Below the pieces are notes generated by a model. The model was not told the origin of the DNA. It ran no database searches and saw only the letters and a list, made by a program, of their open reading frames with translations. A stretch of 25,612 nt of DNA from Atractiella rhizophila (lineage: Eukaryota): assembly GCA_021432655.1 (NCBI GenBank), contig MU271335.1, forward strand, positions 62,001 through 87,612, read 5' to 3'. A program made the translations under genes and the position numbers. Positions 1 to 15,000 of the stretch are shown here, piece by piece; position 1 is the stretch's first letter; the number at the start of each line of letters is the position of its first letter.

Positions 1-191
1 GTACTCCAACTACCCATCCCATGCAGCTGCGACAGGACTCTTCGACCTCCTCGATCAACAAACCTCTGCCTTCCCCACCAGCACAGCCCAGAAAAAAACG
101 CAACGAGATCCAACCACCTACTTTGAAGTATCTGCCAGAAATGAGTACCGTGTTCGTAGAGATGATTCGACACCAATTACGACCTCGTTGA
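1..191 (+). CDS. 3' end (partial last exon) of a PX-associated domain protein, YPR097W/Lec1-like
   Basis: Frame from base 3 reads ...TPTTHPMQLRQDSSTSSINKPLPSPPAQPRKKRNEIQPPTLKYLPEMSTVFVEMIRHQLRPR* (TGA 189-191). The upstream part is recoverable by complementing 9319-10107: WLFEDLHVILRMATRLRDKEQMIALIFE/GSTSELLKDIITMFYEPLAKVYKAANISDCIYDLQMFVNDLIKTVE...QQFIDLISRH...FVHQVH. I recognise this as the C-terminal region of fungal YPR097W-family proteins (family call from memory, no search run). Confidence 0.72.
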   Translation, partial: TPTTHPMQLRQDSSTSSINKPLPSPPAQPRKKRNEIQPPTLKYLPEMSTVFVEMIRHQLRPR

Positions 192-375
192 CTTTCTGTA
201 TCGTTACTATATTATCTTCCTCTTCCAACTTCCTCTCAGCATTTGCCCTGCTTATCTTGTTCAGTATAGACCGAATGCGAAATCTGGTATATAATGTGAA
301 GTTGAGACCTTTGTGTTTCTATATAATTGTACACTTTATAAGAACAGGAAATTGAAGATCTGGCATATTGATGAC

Positions 376-1329
376 TTATTTTTTCTTCCATTCTGCCCGA
401 TCAAAACCTGGGTCGTTTCCAAATTCGTTCGCGTGATTCAGAACCCAATTTGCAACTTCCTTGCACTGTGCCACCCAAATATTATCCCGCTTCTTGGACA
501 CGTATTCAACAACATCCTCCATTACTTGTATTCTCTCTTGGTCCAGCTGAAGAAAAGGGTGGAACAACAGGGCTAGATAGCCGCCGTCTCGTTCTATCTC
601 GTCCACACGCTTGAAAAGACGCTCACGCAAAACAGCTGGAGACAAGGGTTCTTCAGAATCACCCCTTCCCACTCTCAACGGCTTCGTCGACTCCATGTAG
701 AAGTAGGCGTCAATATTATCCCACTGAAAAGGTAGAATAGCGATTCCCTCCATGACGGCGGGGCGGTCTGCAGCTGGGCTGAGATAGGTCATGCCTTGCT
801 CCCGCATGAGACGCAACGTGTGGTCAGTGATGAGACCGCCAGGCGGCCGAAAACCGTAATATTTGATACCTATGCTTCCAGCACTGGAAATGCTCTTCTG
901 CAAATTGTTGACCTCGGTTTTGAGATCGAGGAGGCTCCACACTTCGTGCTGATAGGCATGAAAAGCGACTTCGTGGCCAAGCGATTGAACGTGTTTGAGA
1001 GCGTCGGGGTAGTGTTCGCAGTTCCAACCTTCGACGAAGTAGGTGGCTAAAATAGAATGACATTGCAGAATATCCTGATCTGTCGTTAAGTGCGAAATTC
1101 CGTCAAGCGAAAGCACGAACCAGCATGCGAGGCAACTTCTCCGCGACAGAATAATGTGAGCCAATTGGCTTCTCAGACGGCCAGATGCCTCGATGCAGAT
1201 CAGCCGCCTCTCCCATATTATCCTTCGTAATTTCGTCATTTGGGTAATAGATATTGGAACACCACATACCATAGTGATAGTAACGCATCCCCTCTTACCA
1301 TCTGGCCAGATAAAGCTCTTATTGGACAT
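376..1329 (-). CDS. Polysaccharide deacetylase (carbohydrate esterase family 4 / NodB-like, PuuE/HP0310-type), 3 exons: 1329-1270, 1222-1121, 1074-376; 286 aa
   Basis: GT-AG introns at 1269-1223 (47 nt) and 1120-1075 (46 nt). Spliced product MSNKSFIWPDGKRGCVTITM/DNMGEAADLHRGIWPSEKPIGSHYSVAEKLPRML/DILQCHSILATYFVEGWN...GHEVAFHAYQHE...GFRPPGG...LALLFHPFL carries the CE4 motifs (TMDN, ATYFV, HxxxH, RxP, LxH). No hydrophobic signal peptide is apparent. Confidence 0.85.
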   Translation of the reverse strand: MSNKSFIWPDGKRGCVTITMVCGVPISITQMTKLRRIIWERRLICIEASGRLRSQLAHIILSRRSCLACWFVLSLDGISHLTTDQDILQCHSILATYFVEGWNCEHYPDALKHVQSLGHEVAFHAYQHEVWSLLDLKTEVNNLQKSISSAGSIGIKYYGFRPPGGLITDHTLRLMREQGMTYLSPAADRPAVMEGIAILPFQWDNIDAYFYMESTKPLRVGRGDSEEPLSPAVLRERLFKRVDEIERDGGYLALLFHPFLQLDQERIQVMEDVVEYVSKKRDNIWVAQCKEVANWVLNHANEFGNDPGFDRAEWKKK

Positions 1330-6942
<5,613 letters not shown>

Positions 6943-7460
6943 CTGAAAGTATGCGTTCCTTAATCTCACTTTTATGAACTTGTTGACCTGTTTGCACGGG
7001 CATAGAATGCGTCCATGAATTGCTATGATGCAATTCATCGCACCACCCTCTAAGCTACTTACTACTGAGAGTTTGGCATGTCAATGCAGTCGAATTTTCC
7101 TGTCAGACCGAGGGCTGGTGTAAGGCTCCAGACCAATTGCATTCTTCGAAAGAACCCGCATACCTGCTAATGCTATTAGTAAACCATTCGCAATTCCCGC
7201 TGACCATTGGTGTGACGAGCAAGTGAATTTCACCTGCCTGAGATCTCCAGCGCTTTGCCACATCAGATCAAAACTGATTACTGTTGACCTTCATGGTCTA
7301 GTCTGGCAAGTTACAACTATTGCACTGCAAGTGGAATATTACATAGATGTAGGTAGGAACCTGGTTGAACTGCCACAACCAACCAATCATGGGAAGTAGT
7401 AGCTTTCTTTGTGGCAGATACAGTTTCTGAAAGAGTGAGGTGATGACACTTTTTGACTTT

Positions 7461-7607
7461 ACCTCCTCCAACAGTTAAGAGGTATCCTCCAGTAAACTGG
7501 CCAGTATCCTTGTAACCTGCAAAGTCTGCATCACAATATGACTTAAATGGCTGAGAGATATCAAAGTCTGAGGCAGAATACTCAATGCACATGTCTTGGA
7601 TCCCTTG
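7461..7607 (-). mobile_element. Relic of a Ty1/copia RT-RNase H junction, truncated by the adjacent LTR
   Basis: Translates IEYSASDFDISQPFKSYCDADFAGYKDTGQFTGGYLLTVGGG, homologous to IEYSATGFDLKQPFHAFCDADFAGCKDTGRSTGGYLLKIGNG at ~24200-24330. Homology stops at the LTR start (7608). Confidence 0.85.
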
Positions 7608-7763
7608 CGTTGGATTAGGTGTTATATTGTTGTCTTTGTGTGGTCAGCCACCTTTGCTGTGTTTACTCACTTCATAGTTTCTCCCTAGAGGGCAGTCTTG
7701 GTGGTCATCATCTTTGACCACCAACTCCTGTCCCCTAGCTTCATCCAGCCTCCATTTCTCTCA
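7608..7763 (+). repeat. 5' LTR of copia element A (156 bp; starts CGTTGG instead of TGTTGG, ends ...CTCTCA)
   Basis: Directly followed by a TGG-starting PBS. Colinear along its length with the LTR read backwards at 23474-23313 (TGTTGGATTAGGTGTTATAT...TGTGTGGTCAGCCACC...GGTCATCATCTTTGACC...CTGTCCCCTAGC...CA). Confidence 0.85.
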
Positions 7764-7776
7764 TGGTAGCGAGAGC
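7764..7776 (+). promoter_or_regulatory. Primer-binding site TGGTAGCGAGAGC
   Basis: Abuts the LTR-terminal CA and starts with TGG (complement of tRNA CCA). The first 8 nt match the yeast initiator-Met-type PBS TGGTAGCG. The cognate tRNA is not in the window. Confidence 0.7.
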
Positions 7777-7972
7777 AGTGGCTAGGGATTGACAGATCAG
7801 TTGGAATTTCAATTTTCAATATTGCCACCCACTTAGTTGAAAATTTTGACCACCCAGCCACTCTTTGTCCAATCGATTCAAGACTTTGGGATCATAATCG
7901 AGGCTCTCCTACGGACGGCCCTATCCCCCATTTGACGAAGATCAGACGATCCAAACTCGGAATTTTATCGCC

Positions 7973-9310
7973 ATGTCCGAAGAAAGTAAAATTTTGATCA
8001 CCCCCCTTGGAGAGAAGAACTATGGCACCTGGTGCATCGATATGCAAGCTGAATTAATGCGAAAGGGGCTATGGGAGATTGTGTGTGGAGAGGAGAAGAA
8101 GCCTGTTGATTTGAAGGAGGGAAAGCAATGGGAAAAGGAGCGCTCTAAAGCGGCAGGAATGCTGTTCCTCAGCCTGGAATCCTGGTGTCTGTCATTCAAG
8201 ATCCAGTCAAGATCTGGTCCACCCTTCAAAAAATCCATCAGCAGAAGAGGTCTTCCACATGTTTTCCCTAAGGACCCTGCTTGCTCTCCAGAAGAAAGCA
8301 GATGAATCCCTGGTCACCCTCTGTGCCAGAAGCGACCAGCTGTTTCCGGACTTCACCAATACACTCTCCAAGGACTATTCCCTCAATAATTTGAAGGAGG
8401 ACTTTCAATCCTTCGCTCTCATTCGCTCCTTAGGCCCAGAATACGCTAGTTTTTGTCCAGAACATCACCCTTATGACCTCCACTGACCTCCAATCGATCA
8501 AACAAGCATTCTACTCGATCCAAGCCACCAAGAACTCAGAGGAAGCCATCTCCAACAATCAAATGGCAAATCAGGCATCCAGCAGCAACAGAGGACGAGG
8601 AGGATGGCATCCCAGAGGTGGCAGAGGTGGTGGAAGAGGAGGAACTCGAGATTTTTCGCAACCTGAGTGCAACTACTGCCACAGGAAGGGCCACTTCGTC
8701 TCCCATTGTCCAGAAACCCCTATTGGACGCAATAGGATCGAACTAGACAAGTACAGGACGAAGTATGGGAAGCTGGAAGAAGCAAAGGAAGCTCAAGTGG
8801 ATGGGGAAGGGTCAGAATTCGTTGGGGAGACCAGTTATGCAGCGGTAGATGATGCCATTAGTTGCCAGAAAGCTGGGACTGACTGGCTTATCGATACAGG
8901 GGCAACTTCATCAATGACCCCACACCACCAATTCTTCAAATCCTATCGAAAACACGTTGTACCCATCAGAGCTGCTAATGGAGAAGTGATCTGGTCAACT
9001 GGGATTGGAGAGGTGGTAATTGAGGCAAAAATTGGAGGATAAAAAATTGATGAAGGTCACCATTCAAGATACCCTACACGTTCCCAAGCTTTGTAGCAAT
9101 CTGCTATCCGTTTTCAAGCTCACTATATTCAAGAACATGACTGTCACTATCACTGGGAACAAAGTACGCTTCCTCAAGGACGGAAATCTCTGTTTTACAG
9201 CCACAGTCGACCACAGGAGAGGAACCATGAGTGCCATCATTGATGAAAGAACACTCATGGCCTCAGAATTCGTTGCACACGCCTCCACTACCACTCTAAA
9301 CACTTCCCTG
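7973..9310 (+). pseudogene. Frameshifted copia gag-protease polyprotein
   Basis: Fragments in different frames: PLGEKNYGTWCIDMQAELMRKGLWEIV (gag N-terminus), CNYCHRKGHFVSHC (CX2CX4HX4C knuckle), WLIDTGATSSM (aspartic protease), LHVPKLCSNLLSV. Frame breaks near 8182, ~8255, ~8460 and ~9040. Confidence 0.88.
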
Positions 9311-9318
9311 TGTAAGGA
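9311..9318 (-). repeat. Terminal 8 bp (TGTAAGGA on +) of the 3' LTR of a nested, oppositely oriented copia element 'B'; last correctly written bases of the left contig
   Basis: The complemented copy (19416 onward) continues TGTAAGGA-TCTGAGGCTAGG...CTAACA followed by a PPT, which shows these bases are an LTR end. Confidence 0.7.
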
Positions 9319-10298
9319 GGACCGAAAAACTTCTGAATGTACAGTAAGACGCTTACCGCTGAGCAAATTCCCTGTTCCTCGTTTACTAGCGGGAGTATAA
9401 ACTCCAAACACTGGGAAAAAAGGTTTTCGCGCACTAGATTTCGAATCTCATCCCTAGATGTAGCCTCGACGACTTCCTGTAATAGTGTTACAAAATGCTC
9501 GGTGAACGTTTCCAAATGTTCCGACGGTTGTAAAGTCTAACGTAGATACTGGAGGTCTACAAACAGTTACTGGACTAGTTTTGCCACCTTCTCCGGCTCT
9601 TGCGGTCACAAAGGCTAGGGTCCTTCCAACAAGTTGTCAAATAGCTAAATTAAAGAGCTGTAAATGTTCGACCCATATTAAAACAGGTGGTCCACGTGCG
9701 TTTTCCTCTTCTAGACAAGCTGTTGAATTACCGTACCTATGTCGAAAAGTAGCTAAAGCACGCGCTACCTGAAGGACTGTTCCAATGTAACCTTACCGAC
9801 GAGGGTGTGCCGCCGCTCCTCTCCCGGTTGCAGTAGCGTCTTCAACTGGTCTAATAGCTAATAGTATCCTTTGAGTTCGAAAACGCTCGGTTCTTCGATC
9901 GAGCGCCGCTCTCCGTACGGCGCCTGGCGTTAGTTCTGCTTTGACGGAAACAGAGACCTCAAAACTCGTTAAACGTGTAACCTCGTTAACGACCGCTGCA
10001 GCTCCTGCGAGTTCACCTTCTGAAAAGTCTCTCGCTGAGCCTTCTACTCCGACTACAGTGCCTCAGGAGTCTACTCCTCCTCAAGGTGTGCGGTTGCAAA
10101 GATCTAGCATGAGGTTGATGGGTAGGGTACGTCGACGCTGTCCTGAGAAGCTGGAGGAGCTAGTTGTTTGGAGACGGAAGGGGTGGTCGTGTCGGGTCTT
10201 TTTTTGCGTTGCTCTAGGTTGGTGGATGAAACTTCATAGACGGTCTTTACTCATGGCACAAGCATCTCTACTAAGCTGTGGTTAATGCTGGAGCAACT
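9319..10298. other. Complement-only copy of the last two exons of the PX-associated gene (non-coding as written)
   Basis: The complement reads an open frame with a 48-nt GT-AG intron (9405-9452) and runs into the sequence of window bases 1-191. Confidence 0.9.
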
Positions 10299-10482
10299 GA
10301 AAGACATAGCAATGATATAATAGAAGGAGAAGGTTGAAGGAGAGTCGTAAACGGGACGAATAGAACAAGTCATATCTAGCTTACGCTTTAGACCATATAT
10401 TACACTTCAACTCTGGAAACACAAAGATATATTAACATGTGAAATATTCTTGTCCTTTAACTTCTAGACCGTATAACTACTG

Positions 10483-11438
10483 AATAAAAAAGAAGGTAAG
10501 ACGGGCTAGTTTTGGACCCAGCAAAGGTTTAAGCAAGCGCACTAAGTCTTGGGTTAAACGTTGAAGGAACGTGACACGGTGGGTTTATAATAGGGCGAAG
10601 AACCTGTGCATAAGTTGTTGTAGGAGGTAATGAACATAAGAGAGAACCAGGTCGACTTCTTTTCCCACCTTGTTGTCCCGATCTATCGGCGGCAGAGCAA
10701 GATAGAGCAGGTGTGCGAACTTTTCTGCGAGTGCGTTTTGTCGACCTCTGTTCCCAAGAAGTCTTAGTGGGGAAGGGTGAGAGTTGCCGAAGCAACTGAG
10801 GTACATCTTCATCCGCAGTTATAATAGGGTGACTTTTCCATCTTATCGCTAAGGGAGGTACTGCCGCCCCGCCAGACGTCGACCCGACTCCATCCAGTAC
10901 GGAACGAGGGCGTACTCTGCGTTGCACACCAGTCACTACTCTGGCGGTCCGCCGGCTTTTGGCATTATAAACTATGGATACGAAGGTCGTGACCTTTACG
11001 AGAAGACGTTTAACAACTGGAGCCAAAACTCTAGCTCCTCCGAGGTGTGAAGCACGACTATCCGTACTTTTTCGCTGAAGCACCCGGTTCGCTAACTTGC
11101 ACAAACTCTCGCAGCCCCATCACAAGCGTCAAGGTTGGAAGCTGCTTCATCCACCGATTTTATCTTACTGTAACGTCTTATAGGACTAGACAGCAATTCA
11201 CGCTTTAAGGCAGTTCGCTTTCGTGCTTGGTCATACGCTCCGTTGAAGAGGCGCTGTCTTATTACACTCGGTTAACCAAAGAGTCTGCCGGTCTACGGAG
11301 CTACGTCTAGTCGGCGGAGAGGGTATAATAGGAAGCATTAAAGCAGTAAACCCATTACCTATAACCTTGTGGTGTATGGTATCACTATCATTGCGTAGGG
11401 GAGAATGGTAGACCGGTCTATTACGAGAATAACCTGTA
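10483..11438. other. Complement-only copy of the polysaccharide deacetylase gene
   Basis: The complement matches 376-1329 apart from a few substitutions and two +1 homopolymer insertions (~11070, ~11084). Confidence 0.95.
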
Positions 11439-12000
11439 ACACCAGCTTTCGTCCACCAGCTCGAGAGGTCAAATCCTTATCGCTCGGAACCGGTCGTTTG
11501 AACGGAAGGCCGCGAGGTAGGGGTCGAAGGTAAAGCCGACTTTCCATAAAGGTTCCCTCCACTACTCTTACCAATTCGACCTGTCGTTAAGTGTGGACTA
11601 TATAATGTGGAGTTATCGGCACTTTACAGCTTACAGGTACACATATTACTCGTTCTATCGTGCGTCCATTATTCTCTAGAATCACGGTCCCGGTGTCGTC
11701 TATCTAAGCACTAGCCCTAAGTGGTACTCGTACTAGCCAGGCTTGGACTGTGGTCTTACTCGGTCTTACTTAGTCTGTTAACATAACTAGGAAGAGAAAA
11801 GAACAGATGAAGGGCGAGCTCTTCTTATGCAATGACATAGGTCGCAGTAGATGTAGGAATGGACGGCGAACTTGCAGAAAAACGTCAACTGGCGGACGAC
11901 TAGAGAACAAGCTAGCAAGCTAGTGAACGGTCGATCAACTTGCGGAAGATGCAACAATATTGCCACAGGGAATGGACTGACGTCTTGACCTAAGCCTTTG

Positions 12001-15000
12001 TACTCGTGGTATAGTAAGTATCTATAAGAGAGTTTTTGCGTCACATAGGCGCACCCTGCGCTGAACGTCTGAGTGTAATAGCTTTGTGAAAATCTCGAGT
12101 TTTGAAGCGCGATACAGGAGTATTGTCTGTGTTTAGAACTCCCTATGCAAAGGGAGAAGGTTGACGGTTTAGAAGAACAGAAGGCGTATGGTGGACCCCT
12201 TTTGAGCTTTACGTCTTCTGTCTTCCTCCTTTAGCTCCTAACCTACGACGTCTTACCAACGTGCTCTCTGCATCATTAATAGCGAGAACCTCCTCCTCAC
12301 CAACCTCTGGAGCAGCCTAAACACCGACGGTGGAAGTACGCACCTCGTGCAAAGCACGTTCACGGATGTTGTGACGATCGTTACCACCTGTCGTCATAAC
12401 CACCCTTCCACGCGGTTAAACGGGAGCAGCTAGGTGAGTCAAATAGCAAGATAATCTGCCGTCAACTGTGAGGAGTGCCTTTCTTAAACTAACCCTCGAA
12501 AACCGTCGGTCTTATGTAGAAGTAACTATAGTTCAAAGAGGTCTGGGACGGGTTCTCCCTCGATTAGTTGCCAGAACGCCTCCACTAATTCCGTACATGT
12601 GGAGACATGAGCTGCAATAAGCGAGTGCAGAAGCATCTGACGGCGATAGGCCCTGCGACGAGTCAAGTATTTAGATCTTAGTTTACAAAGTCTTTAAGAT
12701 AGATAATGATGCCCGCGAAGGTTAGTTAGAAGCGGAGTTCAGCAAGGGTGACGAGAAAATTGGCGCTAACTTTCAAGATAACGATAGTTTAGAGTGTAGC
12801 AATGCTTCCTACTCGCGCTTTGGCCCGAGGCCTTAGATCAGTTAAAACCCGTGTGTTAGCCCGTACGCTAACTTCGACAAGAGCGAGGTCTCTACGAAGT
12901 GCCTCTTACGCACTCGTATCCCTACCAGAATCTTCGAGTCCATAGAGCACGATACCCTTAGGAGTCGTCACCCCGACAGCCTGCGGACCTCTCTACAGAC
13001 TTCCGAATGCCAGAAGGGTAAAGCGAGCTACTAGGCTCTCACTTTGTTCGGGAGTTCTACTCTCCACGACAAGAGCGACCGGTCTTTGATGAGCTGTAGT
13101 ACTTTGACCTATTCTTCTTAAGCCCATTGGTGTTTTTTTAGCAGGACGACAGTCGTTATCCTCTCTGGATGCTCCTTGCTCGATGGCAACAGGGACTACT
13201 ACAATAGGAGGCGTATGAGAGTGGCAGGCAGAAAGAGTGAGGATGCCCTGGAGGTTTTCGTGCGGAGCATTACTCGTGCGGACCTAGCTTTAGCTAAAGG
13301 TTAGCTCGGAACGACGACCGCCGAAACCCCTCGCCTCTTACGGCTAACGTTTTGGACGACCGTAGCGTTCTATGCCGACAGTACTACCTGCCAGACAGAC
13401 GGTACCCACCCCGATGAAAAGCAACCCTTTTCTGACTCACGCCCCTCCTGCAGGATTAACACAGACCGCCGCCTCCCTACGAAGTCCATACTGGAATTTA
13501 GCAGCTCTCTGATACGGACTGGAGAAAGATCCGGGGCCGAGTTCCGTTTCTCTAAATAAACCCGTTACGCCCATGACGTCGTGCCAAGAATTGAAGTCAA
13601 CGGAGTAACTAGCGGAGACCACTTCGTAGATGTTGGGCCTGACAGGAGTGACCGTTACGAGCTTACTTTGTTGCTGGCTAACCAGGGAACCATCTTAGAG
13701 ACTTCCGATTACCGCCGCTGTATGTTAAAGAACTCTCAGGTCCGACGAACGGAGATAGGTATCCTTGTTGCCCAGAAGCGCCGCCCTTTTAGCTCGAGCG
13801 GCGGAGCTAGAGAAGCGTTATACAGAGAAGTTAGGAGTACCGCCGCGGCATACGGTTCCTTCTCTATTGGGAGCTTGAGTCGCCCCCTTCACACTATAGA
13901 GTTGGAATATAGCTATACTGGTAACGGTAGTACCGGTGGAAACCGCAATAACAACTCGCCCTCTTCAGACTCAGTCCGCTCGACGAGTTAAGGATGGCTT
14001 AGGGAAATCCTAGTATATCTTTAGGAGGCTGTATGCGTTAGCTCTCGCTACGGTCATCACGATGGATAGGTGAGCGGTAACGGCGATAATGCCCCTCGTG
14101 GACATGAGAGTTGTTGTAACCGAGCCTAAGGTACGTTCCTCTACGGTCCAAACGTTTTCTGCAAGAACTTGGCTACCCAACGTTTCAGGACGTTTGTAGT
14201 GTAAGGTGATGGCAGTGACCTGGCGGTTAGCCTTTTAACTTTCGAAACCGTTGGTAACTGTACCTTGACTACTGCCTACGGAAGAATTGCCGTCGTCACA
14301 ACCGCCGCCACCGTTTGCTCAGAGAAGGTAGAAGGGCACCACTGCGGGTCCATGGGTGGAGCTGCTCCTAATGTCCATATCGGTTAGTTTCCCATTTCCT
14401 TACGTTGGCATAGGATCGATACTTTTGGCTCAATCGCTTCAAACCGCAGTAAAGGTTGCTTGAGGGCCTGCCTTAGCTTTAGTAACCGGTCTCGGGGGTT
14501 AGCAACAACCGTCCTGTCAGGCAAAAAACAATGCTGCTGGTAGCACATCGTTACCGAAAGTCACACGAACGGACGCGGTCTTGCCTCGAAGTCCATGCGT
14601 ATCTCCTTTTCCTGACACAAAGATTCTGGACCGGGCCAACCACCCTGCTAGAACCGTGGTCTAAAGTTCAGTTTCAGCGGCCACGACTCTCTTTAGGCTG
14701 GAGTCAACTCTTACCCGGTGTACGATCCCTTTGTTGCATGCTAGGCCTACGGTCGCAACACAACTAACCCTACGCCCCTCGCCCTTTCTGGTGTCACCCT
14801 TCCGACCCACGACGACGAGAGGCCGCCGGCAAACACCTACGTCTGGTCATGAAACTCCTGTTCGAGTACTTGCACTCTCTTAAACAATTTGAAGTACCGA
14901 CCTTCCTTAAAGCTCAGGTTCTTCAAGCGGACAACTTCCTTACAAATAGCTAGTACCCCTTCCCAGTGCAGTAGAGGGAACCACCTCCTCACCAACTTTC

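Larger units (their letters stand above)
7608..9310 (+). mobile_element. Ty1/copia LTR retrotransposon 'A', 5' part (LTR-PBS-gag-protease), interrupted just before the integrase zinc-binding region
   Basis: 5' LTR plus PBS, then gag, zinc knuckle and protease in copia order. Ends at ...ASTTTLNTSL, where related copies continue with WHRRLAH. Confidence 0.9.

Noticed and set aside
9311..9400. C-terminal tail of ORF 9020-9400
   Set aside because: Chimeric: it runs through the LTR end and across the artefact junction at 9318/9319.
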